A stretch of 37,655 bases of DNA from the IMG/VR virus record IMGVR_UViG_3300042299_000585, positions 1 through 37,655 of that record; one strand, 5' to 3'. This document shows positions 24,701 through 32,850 of the stretch, piece after piece; position 1 is the stretch's first letter; every line of letters begins with the position of its first letter. Position numbers and translations under genes: made by a program. Under the pieces are notes generated by a model that was not told the origin of the DNA, made no database searches, and saw only the letters and a list, made by a program, of their open reading frames with translations. Source of the stretch: a virus. Its lineage: Duplodnaviria > Caudoviricetes.

Positions 24701-25249
24701 ATGCCCGCAACCACCCGCACCCTCAGCCCCACCCAGCCGCAGCGCGCCTTCGTCATCCGCCCGCTGCACCAGGCCTGCTACCGCGCCCTCATCAACGGCG
24801 GCGCCATGACCATTGGCGACGTACAGCGCAGCCTCACGGGCCCGCTGGCCCGGCTCGACTACGGCACCGTCCAGAGCGCGCTTGAAACCCTCACCCGCCG
24901 CGGCTTTGCACGGCGCGAGAGCACCCGCAGCAACGCCGGCACCGTGCGCCGCAGCGTCAGCTTCACCGCCCGGCTCGACCGCATGAGCGACATCTTGAAC
25001 GTGGCCGGCACCGCCCCGCGCGAAGGCAGCGCAGAAGCCCGCGCCCGCCTGCTGGACGTGCATGCCCTCGCCTTCGACCCGCGCCGCGCCGCCGCCCACC
25101 GCCACAGCCGCACCCTGGCCCAAGCCGCCCGCCGCCCCGGCAGCATGACCTTCATGAGCTGGCCCAGCCGCGCCGGCAGCGAACGCCGCTGGCCCGACGG
25201 CCAAGGCGGCTGGACCGACCGAGAGCCTGCGGGCAAGGGGGCTGCGTGA
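24701..25249 (+). CDS. Putative winged-helix DNA-binding protein
   Basis: GGAGG RBS; MTIGDVQRSL...YGTVQSALETLTRRGFARR wHTH pattern. Confidence 0.65.
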   Translation: MPATTRTLSPTQPQRAFVIRPLHQACYRALINGGAMTIGDVQRSLTGPLARLDYGTVQSALETLTRRGFARRESTRSNAGTVRRSVSFTARLDRMSDILNVAGTAPREGSAEARARLLDVHALAFDPRRAAAHRHSRTLAQAARRPGSMTFMSWPSRAGSERRWPDGQGGWTDREPAGKGAA

Positions 25250-25788
25250 GCCAAAACACCAGCCGCACTGCGCCGTGCAAAGGCATGAGCGCAGCCGTCA
25301 TCCCGGAGCTGAAAGCCGCTTTTGAGCCCCTGTGTGGCGCCTGCACGTGGTACGCGCCTTGGCACCCCGAAGCCAAAAACCCGGGCTCGGCAAACGCGCG
25401 CGCCCGCTTCTTGGGCGACGGCAAAGTCGGTGACCCAGTGTGCGATGACCACCACCGCGGCGTACCGCCCGTGCAGCCACGCGCCACCACCATCTCGGCT
25501 GAGCAGATCGGCCGCACCCTGCCCATCACCGCCGCCGCACCCGCCGCGCAGCCCACCCACACCCACCAGGTGGGCGGCACCCACTACACCAGCAAAGCCA
25601 TCCAACCCTGGGACGCCATGCGCGCCTGGATGACCCGCGACCAGTTCATCGGCTTCTTGGCCGGCAACGTCATCAAGTACATGGCCCGCCACCAGGACAA
25701 GAACGGCCTCGAGGATCTGAAGAAAGCCCGCCACTACCTGGACAAGCTCATCGAAGAGCTGAGCAGCAGCGGGGGCGGCAAGGCATGA
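25246..25788 (+). CDS. DUF3310-domain protein (T7 gp1.7 nucleotide-kinase-like family)
   Basis: QVGGTHY...QPWD...FLAGNVIKYMARHQDKNGLEDLKKARHYL signature. Confidence 0.88.
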   Translation: MSQNTSRTAPCKGMSAAVIPELKAAFEPLCGACTWYAPWHPEAKNPGSANARARFLGDGKVGDPVCDDHHRGVPPVQPRATTISAEQIGRTLPITAAAPAAQPTHTHQVGGTHYTSKAIQPWDAMRAWMTRDQFIGFLAGNVIKYMARHQDKNGLEDLKKARHYLDKLIEELSSSGGGKA

Positions 25789-26348
25789 AAGAGCGCCCCA
25801 TCCTGTTCAGCGCGCCGATGGTGCGCGCAATCCTTGAAGGCCGGAAGACGCAGACGCGGCGCGTCGCAAAACAGACTGCGAACGGCCACCTGAAGCAGCT
25901 TGGCGGCCATCGTCGCTGGCATCCGGCCGATCCAGAAGCGCGTTTGGCTAGCCCCTACGGCCAGCCCGGCGATCGGCTTTGGGTGCGCGAGGCGTGGGCC
26001 TACTACGGTGGTGACGAGTACCTGTATCAGCAACAAAATGAGTGCGTCTGGTATCGCGCCCACGACATCGGCGATCCCGTCCCGGGTGTCCGCTGGCGCC
26101 CCAGCATCCACATGCCCCGCTGGGCCAGCCGCATAACGCTGGAAGTGACCGGCGTGCGCGTCGAGCGGCTGCAGGATATCAGCGAGGCGGATGCCGTTGC
26201 GGAGGGCATTGAAGCGCCGCCGCCGGCCGACCCCGTAGACATGCCGGTGTGGCGATACCGCCAGCTCTGGGGGGCGATCAACGGCCCCAAAAGCTGGCAA
26301 GCCAACCCCTGGGTCTGGGTGGTCGAGTTCAAGCGGGTGCAGCCATGA
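25785..26348 (+). CDS. ASCH/PUA-like phage protein
   Basis: MKERPILFSAPMVRAILEGRKTQTRR, PYGQPGDRLWVRE, WRPSIHMPRWASRITLE, ANPWVWVVEF. Confidence 0.88.
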   Translation: MKERPILFSAPMVRAILEGRKTQTRRVAKQTANGHLKQLGGHRRWHPADPEARLASPYGQPGDRLWVREAWAYYGGDEYLYQQQNECVWYRAHDIGDPVPGVRWRPSIHMPRWASRITLEVTGVRVERLQDISEADAVAEGIEAPPPADPVDMPVWRYRQLWGAINGPKSWQANPWVWVVEFKRVQP

Positions 26349-26578
26349 CCCACCGCCAAAACCTCGCCCTCTGGGCCGCGACGATTGCCGCCGTGCTGTT
26401 TTTCGCCATCGTCTGGCAGAGCGTGCGCGCCAAAGACCGCGAGTGCACCGCGCGCGGCGGCGTGCTCGCGCGCAGCACCTTCGGCCACGTCTGCGTGCAG
26501 CCCGTGCCGCCGCAGCAGCCCACCCACCAACCCGCAGGCAAGCACAGAAAGGAGAGCGCTGATGCACGAGCCGTTTAG
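26345..26578 (+). CDS. Small membrane-anchored protein
   Basis: N-terminal TM helix, then ECTARGGVL...HVCV. Confidence 0.7.
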   Translation: MTHRQNLALWAATIAAVLFFAIVWQSVRAKDRECTARGGVLARSTFGHVCVQPVPPQQPTHQPAGKHRKESADARAV

Positions 26579-26969
26579 TCACGAAGACATGCAAGCCGCG
26601 TGGGCACGAGCCGCGCTTCAAGACCCAGACATTGCGGAAGCAAAGCGCCGCTGGGAACTGTGCAGGCTGGCTGCTGTGGCCATGGGCTGGCTGCCGGCCT
26701 ACCAAACCATGGGCGGGTATTGGCTGGTCTATCTGGACCACAACAAGGTGACCCATGCTTGGGACCCGCTGGTGCACTACCACGACCAAATGCTCATGCG
26801 AGACCACCTCAAGATCAACATGCGCTTTTTGCCGAACACCAACGAGTGGCAGGCCTCAATCTCTGGTGAAGATGGGATTGAAAGTTGTCGCTGGCATGCC
26901 AGCATGGCCGCGCTTGAAGTGGCCGCCGAACTCGGCCGCCGTGCAGAACAGCGGAAGCCCGCCCCATGA
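26562..26969 (+). CDS. Hypothetical phage protein
   Basis: AAAGGAG RBS; LAAVAMGW...WDPL motif. Confidence 0.7.
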   Translation: MHEPFSHEDMQAAWARAALQDPDIAEAKRRWELCRLAAVAMGWLPAYQTMGGYWLVYLDHNKVTHAWDPLVHYHDQMLMRDHLKINMRFLPNTNEWQASISGEDGIESCRWHASMAALEVAAELGRRAEQRKPAP

Positions 26970-27211
26970 CCCGCCCGCGCATGCACATCAACCGCCCCAA
27001 GGAAGTGTTTGAGCCGCAGGTGCGGCGCAAGTATCAGCGCTTCTGGCAGAACGCCAGCACCGACGGCCAGCCCTGCGCGCTGCTGTCTTCCGCCATTCTT
27101 GAAGCGGTGCGCCGGCAAAGCGGCTACCCAATCAAGCACGCCCGCGTCTTGGCCATCGACACCAGCGGGATGTATGACCCGCGCGTCGTTTGGGAGGCAC
27201 AGCTCAAATGA
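26966..27211 (+). CDS. Hypothetical protein
   Basis: ATGA coupling at both ends. Confidence 0.65.
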   Translation: MTRPRMHINRPKEVFEPQVRRKYQRFWQNASTDGQPCALLSSAILEAVRRQSGYPIKHARVLAIDTSGMYDPRVVWEAQLK

Positions 27212-27624
27212 CCCGCCGCCGCTGGAACCCCGCACAGGGCGTGGCCGCCTTCATGCGCCTCACTGCCCCGAATGAGACCCTGAGCCCGGAGCAGACCCGC
27301 CGCTACCTGCTGGACGCCCATGCCGCCCTGCTGCGCTTCGAGCTGGGCCAGGCAGACCGCGCCGCGTTTGATGACCTCGCCATCTGCATCAACTGGGCCC
27401 TGCTGCTCGCAGAAGGCGGCTACGGCGCAGACCAGCAGCCCCAGATCAAAGACGCCCAAGCCCAGCGCTGGGGCTTCGACGGCCCCGGCCTCACCGCCAT
27501 CAAGGAAGCCCTGCGCACCTTCGAGGCCCAGATCGAAGCCGCCACCACGCGCGACCTGCTCGCCGCCCTCACCGAAATCCGCCGGCGCATGGACGCGGGC
27601 ATTGTGTACGAACTCGCATGCTGA
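27208..27624 (+). CDS. Hypothetical helical phage protein
   Basis: ATGA coupling; strong codon bias; RWGFDGPGLTAIKEAL. Confidence 0.75.
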   Translation: MTRRRWNPAQGVAAFMRLTAPNETLSPEQTRRYLLDAHAALLRFELGQADRAAFDDLAICINWALLLAEGGYGADQQPQIKDAQAQRWGFDGPGLTAIKEALRTFEAQIEAATTRDLLAALTEIRRRMDAGIVYELAC

Positions 27625-29171
27625 CCCCTCAACACATCCTGCCGCTGGCCGATGAGCTGGTGGTTGACCTGTTTGCCGGTGGTGGCGGTGCCAGCACCGG
27701 CATCGAGCAGGCTCTTGGCCGGCACGTGGACATTGCCATCAATCACGATCCGCAGGCCGTGAGCCTGCACGAGGCCAACCACCCCCAAACCCGCCACTTT
27801 GTGAGCGACGTGTTTGAGGTGGACCCGCTCACCGTCACGCAGGGGCGGCCCGTGGGCTTGCTCTGGGCCAGCCCAGACTGCAAGCACTTCAGCAAGGCCA
27901 AGGGCGGCAAGCCCGTCAGCAAGAAGATCCGCAGCCTGGCGTGGGTGGTGGTGAAGTGGGCCAAGCTGGTGAGCCCGCGCGTCATTCACCTGGAAAACGT
28001 CGAGGAATTCCAGACCTGGGGCCCGCTGGCCGCAGACGGCCGGCCCTGCCCACAGCGCAAGGGCCAGACCTTCAAGCGCTGGGTGAGCACCCTCAAGGGC
28101 CTGGGCTATGCCGTGGAGTGGCGCGAGCTGCGCGGCTGCGACTACGGCGCCCCCACCATCCGCAAGCGGCTGTTTCTGGTGGCGCGGCGCGACGGCCTGC
28201 CCATTGTGTGGCCACAGCCCACCCACGGCGCCCCAGACAGCCTGCCCGTGCGGCAAAAGAAGCTCAAGCCCTGGCGCACCGCGGCAGACTGCATTGACTG
28301 GAGCATCCCCGCGCCGTCCATCTTCGAGCGCCAGCGCCCGCTGGCCAATGCCACACTGCGGCGCATCGCCCACGGCATCAAGCGCTACGTGCTGGACGCC
28401 CCGCGGCCGTTCATTGTGCCCGTGACGCACCAGGGCGACGATCGCGTGCACGACAGCCGCGAACCCCTGCGCACCATCACCAGCGCCAAGCGGGGCGAGC
28501 TGGCGCTGGCCGTGCCCACCCTAGTGCAGACCGGCTACGGCGAACGCCCCGGGCAAGCACCGCGCGTGCCGGGTGTGGAGAAACCCCTGGGCACTGCCGT
28601 GGGCGGCCAGAAGCATGCGCTGGTCATGGCGTACTTGGCCAAGCACTTCGGCGGCCAGCCGCAGGACGGCAAGACCTGCACCAGCCTGGCGCGGCCGGCG
28701 CCCACCGTGACCGCGCGGGACCACAGCGCGCTGGTGACGTCGAACTTGGTGAAGCTGCGCGGCACCAGCAACAGCGCCAGCAGCGCACAGCCCCTGGGCA
28801 CCGTGAGCGCCCAAGGCACTCACCACGCCGAAGTCCGCGCCCTGCTCATCAAGTACTACGGCACAGACCAAGACCCGCGCCTGAGCGAACCGCTGCACAC
28901 CATCACCACCAAAGACCGCTTCGGGCTGGTGACCGTGGCCGGCGAGCCCTACCTCATTGCAGACATCGGCATGCGCATGCTGCAGCCCCGTGAGCTGTAC
29001 CGCGCCCAGGGTTTCCCAGACAGCTACATCATCGACTGCGGCGCCGACGGCCGCGCCCTGCCCAAAGACGCCCAGGTGCGCATGTGCGGCAACAGCGTGT
29101 GCCCACCGCTGGCCCGGGCGCTGGTGGCCGCCAACTACACCGAGCGCCAGGCGCTGGGGGTGGCGGCATGA
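27618..29171 (+). CDS. C5 cytosine DNA methyltransferase (orphan)
   Basis: DLFAGGGG (I), WASPDCKHFS (IV), LENVEEF (VI), RKRLF (VIII), RELYRAQGFP (IX) and CGNSV (X) motifs. Confidence 0.95.
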   Translation: MLTPQHILPLADELVVDLFAGGGGASTGIEQALGRHVDIAINHDPQAVSLHEANHPQTRHFVSDVFEVDPLTVTQGRPVGLLWASPDCKHFSKAKGGKPVSKKIRSLAWVVVKWAKLVSPRVIHLENVEEFQTWGPLAADGRPCPQRKGQTFKRWVSTLKGLGYAVEWRELRGCDYGAPTIRKRLFLVARRDGLPIVWPQPTHGAPDSLPVRQKKLKPWRTAADCIDWSIPAPSIFERQRPLANATLRRIAHGIKRYVLDAPRPFIVPVTHQGDDRVHDSREPLRTITSAKRGELALAVPTLVQTGYGERPGQAPRVPGVEKPLGTAVGGQKHALVMAYLAKHFGGQPQDGKTCTSLARPAPTVTARDHSALVTSNLVKLRGTSNSASSAQPLGTVSAQGTHHAEVRALLIKYYGTDQDPRLSEPLHTITTKDRFGLVTVAGEPYLIADIGMRMLQPRELYRAQGFPDSYIIDCGADGRALPKDAQVRMCGNSVCPPLARALVAANYTERQALGVAA

Positions 29172-29494
29172 TGGGCACACAGGTCAACAACATGACCGGC
29201 ACAAACTCCACTTGGCTGGTTATCTCTGTCTTCACGGCGGGCAACACATTCAGCACAGGCGGCCAGCGAGACTCGTTCTTTTCCGGCAACAGCCCGTGGC
29301 AATGCGAACCCATCCCCGCGGCTCCACTCGGCCGGGCAAAGCGCCCAAGCAGCCCGCCACCCTGCCCCAAAGACCTGCGCGCCGCGCCGCAAACCGAGCC
29401 CCGCCCAGCCGCGCGCATCACGGCACCCCTGCGCCGAACACGCAAGCAGAAGCGGCGCCACTGGGTGCAGCAACTCCGCAGAGCACTCGCATGA
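29168..29494 (+). CDS. Hypothetical protein
   Basis: ATGA overlaps with the methylase stop and the xis start. Confidence 0.55.
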   Translation: MMGTQVNNMTGTNSTWLVISVFTAGNTFSTGGQRDSFFSGNSPWQCEPIPAAPLGRAKRPSSPPPCPKDLRAAPQTEPRPAARITAPLRRTRKQKRRHWVQQLRRALA

Positions 29495-29910
29495 CCCACC
29501 CCGCCGTCCACCTCACCCCCGACAGTCTCATCGTCGGCCAAGGGCGGCTGGCTGAGCTGCTGGGCGTCGATCCAGCCACCATCGGCCAGGCCGAGCGCGA
29601 GCGCGGGCTGCCAAGCTATCGTTTGGGGCGCGAGCACACCTACATTTGGGGCGACGTGCTCACCTGGCTGCGCACCCAGCGCATCTACGCCGAACCCACC
29701 TCAAAGCCCGACCCATGCGCATCTTCCCCCGCGGTGCCAGCGGCACCCTCTGGCTTGACCACCAAATCGACGGCCAGCGCATTAGACGCAGCCTTGGCAC
29801 CACAGACCGCGCGCAGGCGGAAGAGCTTGCCGCCAAGATTTCAAGCGATTACTGGCGGCAAAAGCGCCTTGGCGAGCGCGCCCGCCGCACCTGGGATGAC
29901 GCCTGCCTAG
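29491..29910 (+). CDS. xis: Excisionase-like HTH protein
   Basis: LAELLGVDPATIGQAERERGLPSYRLGREHTYIWGDVLTWL (HTH_17-like); its tail overlaps the int 5' end. Confidence 0.75.
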   Translation: MTHPAVHLTPDSLIVGQGRLAELLGVDPATIGQAERERGLPSYRLGREHTYIWGDVLTWLRTQRIYAEPTSKPDPCASSPAVPAAPSGLTTKSTASALDAALAPQTARRRKSLPPRFQAITGGKSALASAPAAPGMTPA

Positions 29911-30932
29911 CCTGGCTGCAGGCCCACGGCCACCTGCGCGACATCGAGGGCCGCAAAGACCACCTGCGCGTGGTGCAGCCCTTCATGACCGGCCGCGTGC
30001 TTGATGAGATTGACCGCGACACCCTGCGCACCTTGGCCGCGTGGCTGCAGAAGCCGCCAGCCAACCCACCCAAGGGATGGCGCCCCCGGTCTGCCGCCAC
30101 CGTCAACCGCTACTTGGCCAGCATCATGGCCGTGCTGCACTACGCCCACAAGCAGGGCTGGTGCATGGGCGTGCCCGCCGTGGAAAAGCTGCCAGAGGCC
30201 TCACGCCGCACAGAATTCCTCACCCCAGACCAGGTGCAGCGCCTCATGGATGAGCTGCCAGAGCACCTGCAAGCGCCCGTGCGCTTTGCGCTGGCCACCG
30301 GCCTGCGCGATGCCAACATCCGCGGCCTGCAGTGGTCTCAGGTCGATCTGGGCCGCCGCGTGGCGTGGATCCATGCAGACCAGTTCAAGGGCGGCCGCAA
30401 CCACACCGTACCCCTGAACGACGCCGCGCTCGAGGCCGTGGCCAGCCAGCGCGGCCAGCACCCCCGGTTTGTCTTCACCCACGGCGGCAAGCCCTTTGCC
30501 ACCGGCTTCAACAACAACGCCTGGCAGCGCGCCTGCGTGGCTGCCGGCCTGGGCAAGACCCCGTTTCACCTGCTGCGCCACACCTGGGCCAGCTGGCACG
30601 TCATGAACGGCACCCCCCTGCCCGTGCTGCAGCAGCTCGGCGGCTGGGCCAGCCTCGACATGGTGCAGCGCTACGCCCACCTGGCGCCCGGGCACGTGGC
30701 CCAGTGGGCAGGCAATGCGTCAGCCGCATGGCACAACGGCGGCACAACCCCCCTCAAAAGCAATGCGGGTTTTGAGGCTGAATCGCCTGGAAACCCGCAT
30801 GGATGCTTGGGGTGGCTTAGCGGGCTCGAACCGCCGACCCTCGGAATCACAAAACGTTCCGAGCAAAACACCGGGAAAAAGGTCTTGAATATCAATGACT
30901 TGCTGGCGTCGAAACGCCGCAAAGCCGCGTGA
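29715..30932 (+). CDS. int: Tyrosine integrase
   Basis: TGLR, FKGGRNH, FHLLRHTWASW, LGGW and VQRYAHL catalytic motifs; N-terminal RIRRSLGT arm-binding domain. Confidence 0.96.
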   Translation: MRIFPRGASGTLWLDHQIDGQRIRRSLGTTDRAQAEELAAKISSDYWRQKRLGERARRTWDDACLAWLQAHGHLRDIEGRKDHLRVVQPFMTGRVLDEIDRDTLRTLAAWLQKPPANPPKGWRPRSAATVNRYLASIMAVLHYAHKQGWCMGVPAVEKLPEASRRTEFLTPDQVQRLMDELPEHLQAPVRFALATGLRDANIRGLQWSQVDLGRRVAWIHADQFKGGRNHTVPLNDAALEAVASQRGQHPRFVFTHGGKPFATGFNNNAWQRACVAAGLGKTPFHLLRHTWASWHVMNGTPLPVLQQLGGWASLDMVQRYAHLAPGHVAQWAGNASAAWHNGGTTPLKSNAGFEAESPGNPHGCLGWLSGLEPPTLGITKRSEQNTGKKVLNINDLLASKRRKAA

Positions 30933-30985
30933 ATGTGCCATATCTTGGCACAACCGCGGCACAAGGCCAGACAACTACGGCACAG
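30729..30985. other. attP with arm-type repeats and IHF site
   Basis: TGGCACAAC(G/C)GCGGCACAA at 30729-30747 and 30946-30964, further GGCACA copies, and IHF consensus TATCAATGACTTG at 30890-30902, all flanking the tRNA-derived core. Confidence 0.85.
30808..30852 (-). tRNA. 3' half of tRNA-His(GUG), attP homology segment (not a complete tRNA)
   Basis: TTGTGAT TCCGA GGGTC GGCGG TTCGAGC CCGCT AAGCCAC C CCA: anticodon loop, T arm, acceptor strand, C73 discriminator and CCA. Confidence 0.9.
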
Positions 30986-31234
30986 CGCCGGTCTTCGCCA
31001 ATGAACAGCCCTGCGCAAGACGCATCAGCCAGCTGGCATGGCGGCGGACATGCCGCCTATACAGCTTTGAAGATCGAGGATCGGCGCGGCTTTCGAAGGC
31101 GTTTTGGCTTGAAACCCGCGCCAGCACTGCTTGTGCGGGCAAGGGTCGTTCAAACACTACCCTTAGTTGCCCAAGTCCCTTGTGGCACTACACATAGTGC
31201 TCTATAACTTCGCACAGGCCTGAGCCTCAGGCCT

Positions 31235-31274
31235 AAAATGAAAAGGCCTCAACACTCCCACGTGTTGAGGCCTT
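31235..31274 (-). terminator. Intrinsic terminator (minus strand)
   Basis: Perfect 13-bp stem AAGGCCTCAACAC/GTGTTGAGGCCTT followed by TTCATTTT on the minus strand. Confidence 0.7.
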
Positions 31275-31381
31275 GGATTTGGCTTTCACCGCGCCCGAAG
31301 CGCCCAGATCCTGCCTGGTTGAGCAGGGAGAAAGGACAACGAGGTGTTTGGGCCACACCCCAAGTTACTTGCGTAAACCGC

Positions 31382-31463
31382 TGAGGTGGTCGGGTTCCGA
31401 AAAACTCGACCACTTCATGTTGCTTCATGACGGAGATTTTCGCAAGCGAGAAAAACCGTCATG
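31382..31463 (+). ncRNA. Tandem long hairpins in the 5' leader of the 82-aa gene
   Basis: 15-bp stem 31382-31417 (two G-U pairs) and interrupted stem 31426-31463 (one G-U pair); the wobbles favour a plus-strand RNA. Confidence 0.5.
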
Positions 31464-31494
31464 GATTTTTTCCCAACAATATGAGGTGCTTTTT

Positions 31495-31743
31495 ATGAGC
31501 AAAGTTAATCAAAAAACAACCTCTGCGAAGGTGGCCAGCCTGGCTGGCGCCACGCTGAGCGATCCGAACTCGTCAGGCCTGCAACGCCGGCTTGCTGCGT
31601 CTGTGCTGTCTCAAGCAGCACAGGCGCGTCAGACCGGTGCTGATCTGGAAGGCGTGGCCTCGAGGGCCTTGCTGACCAGCCGCAGTGACACGACGCAGAC
31701 CTTGGCAGCCTCTCTGGTTGCCCAAGCAAACAAGAGCCGCTGA
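31495..31743 (+). CDS. Small two-repeat helical protein (moron)
   Basis: TGAGG RBS; two ~35-aa repeats ending LAASVLSQA and LAASLVAQA; has its own terminator. Confidence 0.8.
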   Translation: MSKVNQKTTSAKVASLAGATLSDPNSSGLQRRLAASVLSQAAQARQTGADLEGVASRALLTSRSDTTQTLAASLVAQANKSR

Positions 31744-31759
31744 TCCAGCGGCACCTTGG

Positions 31760-31787
31760 AAAGCCCCGCCCCGCGCGGGGCTTTTTT
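31760..31787 (+). terminator. Intrinsic terminator, probably bidirectional
   Basis: AAAGCCCCGC-CCCGC-GCGGGGCTTTTTT between convergent genes. Confidence 0.85.
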
Positions 31788-31834
31788 GTCGCGTGCGCCC
31801 CGCGCAGATACAGCGCCGCCGGCTGCGCTGCCCC

Positions 31835-32170
31835 CTACAACCCCCGCGCCCTCATGCTGCGCATGGCCTTGAAGTTGCCGGGCAGCGGGGTGGCGCTGAT
31901 GGCCACGAGCAGGGGCAGGCCGTACCACCAGACGCTGGCGGGGTCTTGCAGGTACTGCCAGGCGGCCCAGATGCAGAAGGCGATGAGCGGGCCTTTGGTG
32001 ACCACCAGCGCGGGCAGCAGGCCCATGGCGCGCATGGCGGCGCGCATGATGGGGTTGTTCTCCTGCCCGCCGGGGCGGCTGAGGATCCACCAGGTGGTGT
32101 AGGCGTCTGCGAGCTGGATGCCGGCGCACACGAGCGCAAGCAGGACGACGATGATCTGGGCAGAGGTCAT
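31835..32170 (-). CDS. Multi-pass membrane protein (DUF5658-like)
   Basis: QLADAYTTWWIL..GGQENNPIM motif; three hydrophobic segments. Confidence 0.75.
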   Translation of the reverse strand: MTSAQIIVVLLALVCAGIQLADAYTTWWILSRPGGQENNPIMRAAMRAMGLLPALVVTKGPLIAFCIWAAWQYLQDPASVWWYGLPLLVAISATPLPGNFKAMRSMRARGL

Positions 32171-32316
32171 GGGGCGGGGTCTTTCGTTGAGGTGACGGGA
32201 AGGCGATCGGCCAGCAGCACGCAGCGCACGGCCCAGGCAATGCCGGCCAGCAGACCGGCATAGAAGCCGAGCACGGCGGCCACAAACGCGGCCACGGCGT
32301 AGTCTGGCCAGCTCAT
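32167..32316 (-). CDS. Small single-TM protein
   Basis: 49 aa MSWPDYAVAAFVAAVLGFYAGLLAGIAWAV; ATGA coupled at both ends. Confidence 0.65.
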   Translation of the reverse strand: MSWPDYAVAAFVAAVLGFYAGLLAGIAWAVRCVLLADRLPVTSTKDPAP

Positions 32317-32849
32317 GGCCGGCCGGGCGTGGCGGGCTGGCTGTTGGCGAGCAGTTCGTCCTTGCGGGCGCTGCCGGCGCTGGAGCCGAAGTAGTAGTTG
32401 ACGATGGCGCCCCAAGCGGTGCCCAGGCTGCCCAGCAAGATCAGCAGTGCGCTGTTGTCTTTAGGCTCCCAGATGCCGCTGAGCATGGTGGCCAAGATGC
32501 CGAAGAAGCCCAGGGTGATCACGATGGCCAGGAAGCCAGGGATCCAGCTGCGCAGCTGCACCTGCATCTGGCGGGCGTCTGCGCGATCGGCGGCGGCGGT
32601 CTTGGCCAGCGCCTCAGCGTTGGCGAAGGCCAGCTCCTGCAGGCGTACTCGGTTCGTGGCCTCGATCTCACGCAGCTTGACCAGCGCATCCGGGCTGGCC
32701 ATGGCGGCCTGCACCTCGGCGGGGTCGCTCGCAGTGCCCAGGGCGCTGGCGATCAGCCCGCCCACGGCTGCGCCGGCCGGGCCGCCAAGTAGCGTGCCCA
32801 GCAGCGGTGCCGCTTTGCCGACGGCGCCGGCGATGTCTTTCCAGTCCAT
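32313..32849 (-). CDS. Holin-like membrane protein (3TM type)
   Basis: APLLGTLLGGPAGAAVG, DRADARQMQ, two TM helices and IVNYYFGSSAGSARKD. Confidence 0.8.
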   Translation of the reverse strand: MDWKDIAGAVGKAAPLLGTLLGGPAGAAVGGLIASALGTASDPAEVQAAMASPDALVKLREIEATNRVRLQELAFANAEALAKTAAADRADARQMQVQLRSWIPGFLAIVITLGFFGILATMLSGIWEPKDNSALLILLGSLGTAWGAIVNYYFGSSAGSARKDELLANSQPATPGRP

Positions 32850-32850
32850 G

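Noticed and set aside
30808-30852. Functional phage tRNA gene
   Set aside because: Only the 3' half is present; the D arm and 5' acceptor strand are missing.
30729-30985. GGCACAA repeats as a mini CRISPR array
   Set aside because: The units are 7-19 bp with an 11-bp period and flank the att core, which fits integrase arm sites; there are no spacers or cas genes.
30929-31207. 92-aa ORF coupled to the int stop
   Set aside because: It overlaps the attP arm repeats, would be separated from int on integration, and has no protein-like features.
31273-31494. 156-aa N-terminally extended version of the 82-aa moron protein
   Set aside because: The TTG start has no RBS and the extension runs through hairpins; a good RBS precedes ATG 31495.
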